From the NCBI GenBank assembly GCA_023231475.1, contig JALJEE010001690.1, forward strand, positions 62,001-126,000: a stretch of DNA of 64,000 nt. The letters are read 5' to 3'. Shown here piece after piece: positions 38,532 to 51,109 of the stretch. Position 1 is the stretch's first letter, and every line of letters starts with the position of its first letter. The notes under the pieces are model-generated. The model made no database searches, was not told where the DNA came from, and saw only the letters and a list, made by a program, of their open reading frames with translations. The DNA is from Seison nebaliae. Its lineage: Eukaryota. The translations under genes and the position numbers were made by a program.

Positions 38532-40391
38532 TCATATATAAGAAGTCGTTATTTTGGAAATTGACGGTCCTTTCTTACAAAAGATATTGAATCTAATTGT
38601 TCGATTACACATCATTGAGAGATGACGACGAAACAATTTCCCGCTCATACAATAAAGGAGAACGTTGACACCATAATTCATGAAGTGTAATACTTCCAAA
38701 TATTGAGTGATACTAAAAATTTTGATTTCATTCTCTTTCGATATCTGTTTCCTCATAAAATACCGAACGAAATAAATCGCCACATAAGGCAAATTGCAGA
38801 TACAGAATGCTAATGAAACTGTTACCAACATCGATGTAATTCGAATACTAGAACGATCCGCAATCGTATTAGTTTTAATTGAATGAGTATTGAAGATATT
38901 TGATGAGACCTTGTTAATCCGATTTGTTGTCAGTTGTTCTTCTTCTTCCTCTTCATCATATGTCAAATCGTTACTATCGAATGATTCAATGCTTCCCAGA
39001 GGAGCTGAACAAAATTTTGTTCTTGTTAAATTAGTCTGAAGATCTTGACGACTTTGACGTTCACTTAACGAAAATTTCTTTGTGTTTTCTGGTACTCGCA
39101 ATTGACAATGATCATTGAGACATACTGCTGAATATGTTGTGAGTTTATTTGATTCCATTTTCTTCTTGTTGTTATTTGATGCCAAATTGCTGGTACTTAA
39201 CAATCGATGATAGATTTTTGTCAATTTCAATCGTTGAACATATCGATCGGCTAATATATTTGATGTAGAATTATGATTATTAGACGAATTTCCATTCGGT
39301 ACATGTAAAATATTTTTTGTAGTTGAATAGAATAATCTTTTCTGTTTATTGTTATGTCGAGTAACGCGAATTATGATCAACGAATTCAATGTACATAACA
39401 CCAGTAGAGGAACAACTAATGTTAATGTTACATAACAGAATGTATACCAAGTGAACATGCTAGTTCCGAAAACTACTGCGGATATTCCACAAAACATTGT
39501 TGATGATTGTCTAAATTTTTGAATTTCAGCATTCTTTTGTTGTTGTTTTAATAAACGATTGATTGTGGTGGTGGTTAGTTCGATCAGAAAATCATTCCAT
39601 ATTAATGAAGATGAATCTGATGCAGATGACGAAGATAAGAGTGCGGGAGATGAAGACGATACCATTGATATGTTGGTTGATAATGGAATAGCATTAGTAG
39701 TTGGAATAAATGTCTCTTTCATTTTGTGAACGTTACTAATTCGTAGTGTAAACATATAGGGAACAATGGCACAAATAATAATTGAGATTATTACTGAAAT
39801 ACCAGTGATAATACGAGAGATTTTATGAGTGCACCATTTCGATCGTTTTAAAGGAAAGAAAACGACAATCATTCTTTCCATAGTAAATGCGACAATTAAC
39901 CAAGACGAGGCAATCCGATTAAAATATCTCAGGAACATAATGGATTTACATGCAAATTCGGACGAATCGACCAAGTTCAATCGATTCCAAATTTGGTTTT
40001 CAACTTCCATATTCGAGAGTACCATATCCTCCATTCGAGGCGTCGTACTTAATGTAGTAAAGTCGTATGTTGTATTGAAAAGAGTAAAATACTTTTGCAA
40101 TTCCGTCAATGTCGATGTGGCTATGGAGTTGGTGGACATGGTGGATTGTTGAGTGGCCTCTTTCATTTGATCGAAGATCTTCGCTTTCAACGATACTGTG
40201 TCTTCAAAGAAGAGTGTACACAATGCCAATGAATCCACCACAGTCATCACTATAATATACACATTACTGCTGATTCGTGGAAATGTCTTGGACGTAAATA
40301 CACAGAGGGAGATGATGTTACCGGTAATGCCAAACGGTATCAGCGCTAATTCTGCGTAAAATTTAAATTTGTATGCATCAAGCAACGTCAT
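38532..40391 (-). CDS. Class A (rhodopsin-like) GPCR, neuropeptide-receptor-like
   Basis: TM1 GITGN, TM2 VVDS, TM3 C..SSWLIVAFTMERMIVVFFPL, TM5 P, TM6 FCICNLPY and TM7 NYGVNVLLY. A possible acceptor just upstream means a 5' exon is not excluded. Confidence 0.92.
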   Translation of the reverse strand: MTLLDAYKFKFYAELALIPFGITGNIISLCVFTSKTFPRISSNVYIIVMTVVDSLALCTLFFEDTVSLKAKIFDQMKEATQQSTMSTNSIATSTLTELQKYFTLFNTTYDFTTLSTTPRMEDMVLSNMEVENQIWNRLNLVDSSEFACKSIMFLRYFNRIASSWLIVAFTMERMIVVFFPLKRSKWCTHKISRIITGISVIISIIICAIVPYMFTLRISNVHKMKETFIPTTNAIPLSTNISMVSSSSPALLSSSSASDSSSLIWNDFLIELTTTTINRLLKQQQKNAEIQKFRQSSTMFCGISAVVFGTSMFTWYTFCYVTLTLVVPLLVLCTLNSLIIIRVTRHNNKQKRLFYSTTKNILHVPNGNSSNNHNSTSNILADRYVQRLKLTKIYHRLLSTSNLASNNNKKKMESNKLTTYSAVCLNDHCQLRVPENTKKFSLSERQSRQDLQTNLTRTKFCSAPLGSIESFDSNDLTYDEEEEEEQLTTNRINKVSSNIFNTHSIKTNTIADRSSIRITSMLVTVSLAFCICNLPYVAIYFVRYFMRKQISKENEIKIFSITQYLEVLHFMNYGVNVLLYCMSGKLFRRHLSMMCNRTIRFNIFCKKGPSISKITTSYI

Positions 40392-43300
40392 TTCAATTGA
40401 GTAAATGGAATTCTTTTTAAAATCATTTTTCTAATTCAATCATTCTGGAGATATGCATCTGGACAGATAAAGAAAGAAGTAGAAGAAGGGACATATCTTA
40501 AATTTTATCCACTCTTTCAACGAATCACCATATTAATATTTCCAATTATTATTCTCCGCTTCGACAAATAACAATGTGTCTCATAACTAGAGAGAATGTT
40601 GATAGAATGATAATTTAGAAAAAACAATTTGGAAGATGCACTAAAATATTATTTTTTTGACATCTATTCCTCTTCCGATCAGCTACCACCGGTATGGTAT
40701 GAAAAGAAGACAAGGAAATTTTGTCTACTGAATTGAATATGATTAAAAAAATGAAATTTTCATGCAGAAAATTTTAATAAATTTATAATTAGATGAATGA
40801 CTGCTCTTCTTATTCGTTGTCTGCTAACGAGAAAGTGAACTACAATTCTTTTAAAAATAGTAAAAAAAAAGAAAATAGCTGTCTTTATTGGGATATCATA
40901 TCGTTGTGAAAGAAGAGTTGTTTCTTTCTTTAAAAGATTTTCATAAAATTAAAGAGGAAAATCATTTTGTTAAATAAAATTCTCATCAAAATTGTGAATA
41001 TGTATGTCATAGAAGTGCCTTATGATTTCTTCCATCGATCATTAAAAGGCAAACATAAGAGAAATTTTCTTTGTCCCATTCTTTCAATTATTCTGATCGT
41101 CTATTCTTTTGGCATAAATGCTCTCCCATTCTCCATAAGAGGAAACAACATTTTTTTCCTAATATCAAACATTACGTCACCTTCTTATTTTCTTTTTTTC
41201 GTGTGTTGTAATAAACTTGAATCTGATTATTCTCTTTAATATTATATAATTTGTGAGACAACATCTACTGAATAAATATGAAAATTACCACAATTGAGAC
41301 AGAAAGAACGATAAAATGTCTTTACTGATTCTTTTGTAGTATTGACTTAATCTCTCGCCAAATGACTTTCCCATACGATTGGAGAATAGTCGTTCGGTTG
41401 AATCGATATTTTATGAATTAGGGACGGATAAACACAAAAAGAAAAATGATGGATGACGTATCAAAGAAATTAACATGGGATTAACTCAGAAAGAATTCTG
41501 ACAATTAGTGTCCGAAAAAACTTTATTTCCCTTTATTATGTTGAACTTTATTTTGTTGAATTATTCAACTTACAATAATTGTTAATTCCATTATTTTAGT
41601 CATGTATAAGTTTTGTAAAAGTTTTGTTGTCTACTACAATTTGAATGTGAAAGTTTCTCCATTGAAAACGATGACAGATATAATCAGTACCACAACTTGA
41701 GAAGATTGAATTATAAATAATTGTCCAATGAATGCACGAAATTGAGTTAAATCATTGACACTTTTGACGTACTGACAAAATGTGAAAGAATCGAATAAAT
41801 ATTAGAGAACTGACTATGATTCAGTGGAAAGAAGATGAACATAAGAAAGGAATGTTTGAGAGGACAGGAATTCTAATGAAAAAGAGAAACAATCATCATC
41901 GAATTTTAATCGAAGAAACTGATTAGAAGGAAATATTTTCATGATTAACTTACATGGATGATGATTAAAGGAAAAACGAATTGGCAAAAACGCCAAATAC
42001 TAACTTGGCTAAAAGGAAATGAAAAGAAGAAATGAAAAGTATAAAATATTCGTTGGTGGAGAAGAAAGAAAATGAAATTGTATTTATTCTCCTTTCTTCT
42101 TCATTAAACCAGGATACTATAATTCATTGTTAAATTGAATCAGAATAATTGAAATATTTGATTACGAGCGAAAGCACTTGATGATGAAAATGATGGATTT
42201 ACTCCAATCTTATAAGTAAAAATGGAAAAAAAGGTATATCTTTCCTGAAATTTGAAGGAAAAGAATTCGAAGAGAATTCTTTTATATAACCTTAATGGAA
42301 AATGAAGTCTTAGTTTCCTTTCATCGAAGCCTTTGTTGGACCATTATATGCATTTAGTCGATTACCATACACTCCAATATCTATTCAATGCTACGGGAAT
42401 ATAATTTGACGATATGACGATAATTGTGATTATTTCGATCTTTTCATAACGAGAACTATTTATTAGATAAATACATTAGAAGAAGACTTTATATAATATT
42501 ATGGAATCACCACTATTTTTGCCTTTTCCGTCATCAAATTCAAGAAGAGTTCTTTATTACTCGTCCTTTATCGTCATCAAAATACAAAATTTTTTCTGAA
42601 ATTTGTCAAATATAGTTGAAAAAAATTGGGAAGTGGTTGAAACATTAGGATGGAGAATGGGGTTTAGCAGAATAAAACGATAAATTATCAATCTTTCTAT
42701 GGTTAGAGGAACTTGTAAAATCTCTACAATTATTATAATGTTGATAATATTGTGAGACATATCTCCATTCTCCATATATGGTGCTATCTATGAATTTGTT
42801 GAACGAGCAAATTCCTGATAGTTTACTTCATTTTTGCGACATGTATAAAATAATATTTAATAAGATTTGCATTAATTGGAATGACTGTTGTTCTCAACTA
42901 ATTTATAATTTTCATAGTTTATTAGGATATTGGCAGTAAAAGACTAAATTACTCCACGATTACATAATCAAAAGACTCCGTTGGATAGAGAAATTATTAT
43001 TCGATTATTTTATTCGTATATACGAATTTTTATACATTTGTCGAAAATCAAATAATTGAACAATTATCATTAATTAGATGAAGATTAATGATATTAAATT
43101 TCAGTAAAATATTAAACAAGTGTCAATTCACTAACTGTTCAATTCATTAAATGTCAAGAGATTAACTTTCTTTTACTATCCATATTATGTATTACTACTA
43201 TTAGTAATAATAAGTGGTAGTTAGAATGAGTCAGTTGGTGGTGGTTTAAAATAACACAAGAAATATTATTTCATCTATAATTCTGACTGAACACGAGATG

Positions 43301-45592
43301 ATCAATTACTAACAAACACATAAGGAAGATATTTATTTGTTCTATTATTTGTTATATATTTGGAGAGCAGACTGAAATTGAGACTGCACCATCCTTCAAA
43401 TATTTGTTCCTCTTGCATAGTAGTCGAAATGTTGAATAGGTTGTTAATTCATATACCAAACCGACAATTCAAGTAAATGATAACGATGAAAATTCTATTT
43501 CTGTTGACCAAGCCTCTAAAATTCCCTTCACTTAACAAACCTACGCATTTAAATGATGAGAAAAATAAAATTTTATTATCTTCAATCATCTCGATTTGAT
43601 TGATGGATTAAACGGTGTCGTACTCCTTATTCTCTGTGATATATAGCCAATCACCAGAATGTTTCATCTGAATATAACATGATGATATTTGAGGGTATAA
43701 TACGGCAACTAGTATTTGTATGATATCTCTAAAATTAATGATCTTCAAACGTAACTTCGTCAAAATAAGTGTTTTGATGGCTTGTTGTTCTTGCTGTTGT
43801 TGTTCTTTTTTTCTTGCTCTCAATAATTGGAATAACGTTTAGTAATTTTCATTGCAACAGAATAAGAAGAATGTCATATACTAAAATGCAAATTGAATAG
43901 AAACAAAAGAGAATGTAAGTAAATGCATTGAAGTGTCATTAGATCATCATGCTTGCTATTCTCCTTATTCTGGATTCATTCTCTTTCGTCCATCGAAATG
44001 AATTGGTCGACTCATTCTTCTTACTTTCACAAGTCGCAACATCGTCATCATAATTATGATCTTATATAAGAACCATTCAAGATGTTCTTTTTTCATTATC
44101 TAGAAACTTACAAAGTTGTTAGAAATTCTCTTCTTTCCCATATACTTCATATTATGTCAGACAATATGGTTTGAATGAAGATGCAACCATTTACAAATCG
44201 GTTCACCTGACATCTTACCGGTTCATTATATCGATGTACATTTATTGGACGGCATTCTGCACGATGAACTTAAAACTTCAGACAAATATTTAAAATTTAA
44301 TATTTAATATTCTTCTTTCTTCAATCGTAGTGATTAGTAGAAGAAACTTGTCTTTTCATTGTCTCAACTCCACCATCAACTTCATCGACACTGATAATGA
44401 GAAAAAAGATTAACATTAGTTTTTTTTATTCATTCTTAATCTGGTAAAATCCTTTCCTTCAACCATATACTACTACGATTACCTTTCGAACATTGATAGG
44501 GAACGTTCGGTAACTATAACCTCGAGAAACGAAGGAAAATAAAGTGATGAGAATGTATGGTAATTTCATTATTACTTGGAGAAAAAACCAAATTATGATC
44601 TTATGATAATGGTAATAATTAATCATATTAAATTAAAGAATATACAAAAAGGAAATATATGAATTTTCCTATCCTGTCTATTCAGAATTTATCAAATATG
44701 CAACTTTTTATGAAGAATTAACTTTCTTTGACAGAATAAAGTACGACCGAAACTGCATGCATTTTCTTTGACACAATACCAACACATCGAATATATATAC
44801 AATGCACAATATACGATTGGAAGAAACACTAAACGAATGATCGGTATATGTACGTGGACAGATATGGAAAATAAAAGGGTGAGAATATGAAGATTTTTTT
44901 AGGGAAATCAATACCAATTTATCTCGTTTTATGAATAAATCTGCATCTAGTCAACACAGCAGGAAGTGAAAGGATAAAATAATTCCTCTTGAATTTCTTC
45001 TTTCATCGATCAGATAAAACTATAAACATCATCGACTTCAATAGGATTTTGTTAGTTATTTCCCTTCAATTAATTGGATTCGATGCAGATATATTTATTG
45101 AGAATCTTATTTTCCTATTCTACCATCTATTATTCTACTCAATAATATTCCGTGTATTATGTTGTTCTTTTCCTCTATACAATTGCTTATGAAATTATTA
45201 ATGAAATCTGTTCCTTCTTTCCGACTCATAATGAATCTGATATTTCACTTTTAATATTGTTAATGAAAATTCATAAGAAATTTATTAGTTCACTTTTCCG
45301 CTCTACCTGGAAAGTTCGTTATATCATTTATTAACTAATGCTAACTATGATTAGACTGATAAGAATAGACTTTTTCTGCACTCTTGGAAAGCGTGGAGAC
45401 ATTGTAAAAAAAATTTTTTTTGCGGTAATGTCATGAAAAGAAGAAATGATGGAGAAGTAGAAGAAGATGGTTTTTTTAATCATAATATAATAATAATAAT
45501 AACTGAAAAATTGAACATCGGAATAAACGAATAACGGAAATGAATAAAGAAATGAAGAGAATGGTGAAAGATGGAAAGAAAATTTGTGAAAG

Positions 45593-47176
45593 TTATAATT
45601 CAAAATTCTCCTCAATGTAATCGAATGAGTTGTTCAAATGAGTAGATATCGATTCACTCAATGATTCCACATCCGTATAAGAAGTTTCCTCTGCGTTAAA
45701 AATGCGGCATAGTAATCGCATTATCTCATCCCTAAACAAATTACATTTATCTTTCAACTTCTTATCATTCCCGAGGAATCCCCAGGCGAGAGCGGGAGAT
45801 ATATGTTCGCTGACATCGTAGAAATGTGACATGAAACTTTCACTATATCTTAGACGACATCGTTTCGTTTTCAATGCTGACCAAACTATCGTAAAAATGG
45901 TATTTCTTTTGAATGATTCTCCCAACCAATTATTATTCATGACCGTTTCAAGAGAGGATGGTGGTGATGATAGATCTTCGAACGCGTCCAACAAAACGAA
46001 ATCGAAAACTATATCGAAAAAACAAATTTCCATCACATTTCTAGATGAAAGTTCTTCTGTTATTATCGGGAGATTACTATGACGATTCGTATATTCAATA
46101 ATCTCTGTGAATTTGTTGATGAAACTTTCGGCATTTCCACGAGCTTGTTTCATTACATAAACTAAAAGTCGTCTACTTCTCTCCTCAATCGTCTTCTTTA
46201 AATCAATATTCATATCAAATAAAAGTTCAAAAGCATTGCGAATACAATACAATTTCACATTGTAATCAATTTCCGATTCACATTTCAACAATTTCCATCG
46301 TTGCTTCTTTCTCACATGTACTTGACCCAAAAGAACTTCTTTCATACCTTCCTCATAAAATGCACGATCATTCGATTTCGAATTATCTATCTGAATATTT
46401 TGATTCACTTGATCGACGTCCAAATTGAATTCACATGTTGTACTATAGAAACTGTCATCGTCTCGTATATCATCAGGAATAACATCACTAAAATGTGATC
46501 CAGCCACAGAGTAGGAACTACGAGATTTGAATGATAATGGTCCTCGACTCGCCATTGATCTCGATTTCTTCGGTTTCATTTCCATAATCAATTTATTCAT
46601 ATCTTTCTCCTGATGTGTTGCCGGTCCTAAAGGAACAACTGGTTTAATTGATAAATCATCTTTGATTGTTGTCAGTTGTTTAATACGTTCTCTAATTTCA
46701 GTACGTCTCGCTTGGCTCTTTCGATTCTTCTCGAGATATTCTTGAATATATTGTAACGCTTTCGAATTCTTTTCCAATTCGATTTCACAATCATTCGATA
46801 ACGTTTTCGTCTTCTCCAACAAATATTGTAATCGATGAGTCATCGACGCTAAATTGGCGTCAGGTAATGGAATTTTCTTTTCACCATCTACACTATCATC
46901 CTCATTATCGAGATCTAATTTCTCTTCAATCATTACCAATGCTTCCACCCAACAATCCATAGCCATCTGGAGATAATTGACACCTTTCTCCATCAACGTT
47001 TTGGAGCAATCTAATTTGTTTGAATCAAGATCCGTGTCAAACGCTTCCAAAAATTGATCATTATCTTGATATTTCTTTCGATTAAAAAATACCGTTGCAA
47101 CACCAATTAACGCTGCACTGCCAACGATAGGAATGATGATCTTTAACGTCCTTAAAGGAATTTGAATTATCATCAT
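45593..47176 (-). CDS. MIGA: Mitoguardin (FAM73) mitochondrial outer-membrane protein; intronless
   Basis: N-terminal TM segment, then FYEEG..V..R..LLKCESEIDYNVKLYCIRNAF, FFDIVFDFVLLDAFEDLSSPPSS..NNWL..SFK and FMSHFYDVSEHISPALAWGFLG. Confidence 0.92.
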   Translation of the reverse strand: MMIIQIPLRTLKIIIPIVGSAALIGVATVFFNRKKYQDNDQFLEAFDTDLDSNKLDCSKTLMEKGVNYLQMAMDCWVEALVMIEEKLDLDNEDDSVDGEKKIPLPDANLASMTHRLQYLLEKTKTLSNDCEIELEKNSKALQYIQEYLEKNRKSQARRTEIRERIKQLTTIKDDLSIKPVVPLGPATHQEKDMNKLIMEMKPKKSRSMASRGPLSFKSRSSYSVAGSHFSDVIPDDIRDDDSFYSTTCEFNLDVDQVNQNIQIDNSKSNDRAFYEEGMKEVLLGQVHVRKKQRWKLLKCESEIDYNVKLYCIRNAFELLFDMNIDLKKTIEERSRRLLVYVMKQARGNAESFINKFTEIIEYTNRHSNLPIITEELSSRNVMEICFFDIVFDFVLLDAFEDLSSPPSSLETVMNNNWLGESFKRNTIFTIVWSALKTKRCRLRYSESFMSHFYDVSEHISPALAWGFLGNDKKLKDKCNLFRDEIMRLLCRIFNAEETSYTDVESLSESISTHLNNSFDYIEENFEL

Positions 47177-47769
47177 CAATTCCTTCTACTTCCTAACCAC
47201 GAGATAATCCCAACCACTTTTCCCGATAACGAAATTTATCACCAATTGCAAATATCAATTAAGCTAAATATTAATCTTCCAAAAAATTCAAATATTTCTT
47301 TTTTCTTCTAAAAAAAATTGTCGGATTTATCTCCTTTCTTCAGCCTTTCACAACCAGCTCTTTACTACTAATGATAAGAAGTCTTCACTAACTGATAATA
47401 CCAATATAGAACGAGTAGAATTATGTGAATTGAATAAAGAATCTTAAAACTTCAAAAAAGGTTAAGTAACACTAACAAGTAAGAACAAGAATTGATGAAA
47501 TATAATAATTCGAATATCTTTTCTTTTCATGGAAATTTCTCATTCATATTTATACTATTCCACTACAATGTTTCATTAGAACAATATGGGAAGTGATCTA
47601 GCGCAAAAATATTTGCAAATTTCGTTGGAAAAATTGATCAGAATCTCTTATTTTTATTTTTAAAAACTTTAATTGAGAAAAAAAAATGAAAAATTAAAAT
47701 TATATGATTAATACCGTATTAACATACTAATCATTATAATGGGTAATATGGTAATAAAACATGATTCTT

Positions 47770-49644
47770 TTATAAATAATTGGTTATTATTTGGAGATGA
47801 TGTGAATCAAAATTTTGAATTGTAGTTAATATCCATGATAGATGGTCCGATGCAGTTGCATGGACTGAAGGAAGAGTACAATCGGAACTAAAACCATAAC
47901 TGACTATTCCATAAAGTGTAAATCTTTCTTCATATTTGTAGACGGGCCCTCCACTATCACCCTGGCATGGTTGATTGGCGTCAGAATTACTCGTAGTACA
48001 GAAACCGGATAATGCTTCAACTTCCGTCAAATAACATTGTTCATTTTCTCCGATGGTTAACTCGGATCGGCGTAAGTAAGTTGACAGTCCTTCATCTAAT
48101 ACATGAAAATTAACCTCATGCGAGAAGTAAAAAAAACCTGAAATATATTCTCCCCAACCAGCTAGATATACAGTATCATTAACCTGTGGTCGATAAGTAC
48201 CGACACACACAGGTTGAACATATTCACTAAATACTATTGATTCATTCAATCTTATCAAAGCAATATCATGAAGAATTTGATAGCTTGTTGAATTATAATT
48301 AGGATGCTGATAAAATATTATTTAGAAGGAAAATTTCATTAATGACTAAAACATTAAAGACTCCGGTGATGCCTAATTGGAATTCTCCTTCATCTTTTAT
48401 ATCTAGTCGAGTATTTCCCATAATAATCTGTGTCAAGTTTATGTTTTCACTTTAAGCATTATAATTATAAAGATTATTGGAGATTAAATAATAAATACTA
48501 AGTGATTCCCTTTGTGCAATGACCTGCCGTCAATATCCAATTCTTGTGTATAATACTCCCTCCACATGTAAAAATATTCTGTTTACCAATAACTTTTATT
48601 AGCACAATAAACGGAATGACATTTTCTTCCACAATCTCCCCGCCAATAACTTTACTAGATTTCCCGCATTCTTCTATTTTATCTAATACATATTTCAAAC
48701 TTAAAATAAAACCAATTTATAATTACACTAACTATTCAATTTACAAATTATTTTGTTGTGTTTAAAAAATTATTTAAAAATTATCGTAGAACAATTATCG
48801 GTGATCCAATAATTATTGGATCGTAAGATTGGAACAAGAATCGTAGATTATAATAAACCTAACTTGGGAATATTTCATTATTCGTGCCAGTTTCCTGTGT
48901 TTGATTAACTCCTTTATAGATAAACAAATTCATGTGAACACAATTATTGCACACACTAACTGAATGTTAAAGTAGAAGATAATGACTCGACTTTTTTCAA
49001 ATTTATTCTAAATGTTAAATAAAATGTTAACTTCTGAAAATTTCCGTTGAAGACGAAGTTTCTTCAATATTAGAAATTTCGGTTGTTGATAATGTTGAAG
49101 TAACATATTTTCTACAACATTAATGATTACTGCTTTATAAAGTAACAAAAATTGAACTTGGTTGTAATTTCCGTCTTGAGTAATCTTTGAAAAAATAATA
49201 TCTCTATATATAATCAATATATATTGATTAAAAATTAACTTTTTGGTAGTTGCTTTATTAGAATAATCAATTAAAGGTTTTTCCGAAGTTTCTCTGATTA
49301 CTGGATTTGAGATACTGGAAATTATACCTAACAAGTGAAAAACATTATTTTCATATTGACAACTTCCTAATCATTAATAACCAGAATTTTCTGAAGAAAC
49401 GGTCTCAGATCCATTACCTGTAAATTTGGACCCCAAAAATAGTTGAAAATTATCAGCGAAAAATTTTTAATAAATTAAAGAGATGTACCTGATAATGTGA
49501 AAACAACTCCAATGATAACTCCGATTATTATTATAGAGATCGCCGAAACTATTATTTGGAATAAACTAACAACGAAAGAATCAATAACAACATAATTAGG
49601 GTTTAATTAGGTAACATTTGGGTTCTTCGTTTATACTTGTTCAT
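47770..49644 (-). CDS. Type II membrane-anchored S1 (chymotrypsin-fold) serine protease with S/T-rich stalk, multi-exon
   Basis: Activation site ECGKSSK|VIGG, CGGSII..WILTAGHC, HDIALIRL and CQGDSGGP. N-terminal exons encode a hydrophobic anchor (IIVSAISIIIIGVIIGVVF). The 5' exon structure is tentative. Confidence 0.85.
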
Positions 49645-49880
49645 TGTTAGAAAATTAGTTTGAAATTTCTAACGATATGTAAAGGATTGTGCAATTCTTA
49701 ACGGTTTAGATGACGTCAATGATAATGTGTGATTTTCTTTTCGAAGCTAACATTGATCAAATTAATGATACCTAATTACATCAAGGATACGACCAATTAA
49801 GGGAAAATATTCATTAATATGTACAATTTCTATTAGAATATTGGATAAGCCTTTCTTGACATATTTTCTTCCTTGACACC

Positions 49881-50158
49881 TAGGGGGTCCAAGAATTTAT
49901 CGAGAATAAATTTTGATAAAACCAAATTTATTCAAAATAAACCGGGATATACTCAAAAAAATTGTAAATTTTATATTAATTTCGATTTATCTATGATGTT
50001 GGAAGGTTTGATGAAACCGAATTTATTCGAATTAAAACTAGATATATTCAAAAAAAACTCTAAATTATTTCATATTTATTTCGATTTGTCCATAATGGAT
50101 CCTATCGATAATTTTTGATAAAATATGTTACTGTCGATAATTTTCATTAATCATCCTA
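49881..50158. repeat. Degenerate repeat element with an internal ~95-bp tandem duplication and weak terminal inverted repeats
   Basis: 49912-49998 and 50007-50097 are imperfect direct copies (TTTGAT.AAACC.AATTTATTC..GATATA.TCAAAAAAA..TTTCGATTT.TC.AT.ATG). The ends TAGG..AAT(T)TATCGA are loosely inverted. No TSD seen. Confidence 0.5.
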
Positions 50159-50189
50159 TAAGCTTTAATTCTTTCTTGAATTTTTCAAT

Positions 50190-50492
50190 ATGAATAATGT
50201 GGATTTGTTAAAAATGACTTTATCAGCCGCGAATATGCGAAATTTTTCACATCGCCGTTCTCAACAGGTAAATAGAGAAGCGGTATCAGAAGAGTTGATA
50301 ATCACCGATACAGAATCGAATGCTTTGCTTGCCGAAGAGATTTTTCCAGATTCTGAAGAATATGTCAATGCGACATCGGAAAGGTTTTTTGAAGAATCGG
50401 ATTATCTAGATGAGACACGAATCAAAGTTTTATTTTACTTCTCAGTCGATCCAGCCCACTATCGACTTAATAATCGACCACTATCAAAGTAG
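50190..50492 (+). CDS. Possible small hypothetical protein or first exon (acidic)
   Basis: 100-codon ATG ORF with coding-like composition and no recognisable domain. Confidence 0.3.
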   Translation: MNNVDLLKMTLSAANMRNFSHRRSQQVNREAVSEELIITDTESNALLAEEIFPDSEEYVNATSERFFEESDYLDETRIKVLFYFSVDPAHYRLNNRPLSK

Positions 50493-51109
50493 TAATTATA
50501 ATTAGTGTATATCTAAATTACTAACATGTTTTTACTTTATCTACAAACAAACCATAACTAAAAGCTTTTTGGTGATAATATTAAAACTTAATTCCATAAC
50601 GATGAAATTTAAAGAATGTCACAAAAACCCTCCCCCGAAGAATATACCGTGTGAAAAAAAGGTAAGAAATTTTCCACATGAGAAATGTCAATCTTGAAAA
50701 AACAACACCTTTTCCCCATCCACTTATCGTATTTCGAGCGTAACCAAATTCATTGGTAGTTGAACAATTATGTCTCCGAGTTAAAATGAGAAGAAGCAAA
50801 TTATCGTTATGGAAGAGGAGATTGAAAGACAGATTAAGACAATAAGGAAGTGGGATTATAAACGTATCAGAGTCAACGTATCAGTAAAGTAGTGAAGTGT
50901 CTTCACTCCAAAACATACTCCAAAACATTCTCCAAAACCAAAACACTGATAAATTTCTAAAAAAGATTGTTTCAATAAAATTAGTGTTGATAATTTATTT
51001 TATTTCTACATATTCAAATGTAGTAGTTAAAGCTTAAACTGAAAATTGAATATTTTAAACTGTTGGAGATTCTTCTCAATTTCTATTCTGATTTAAAACT
51101 GATTGTACG

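Noticed and set aside
50861..50945. Short tandem motifs (AACGTATCAG x2, CTCCAAAAC x3) upstream of RCC1
   Set aside because: Too short to distinguish promoter elements from replication slippage.
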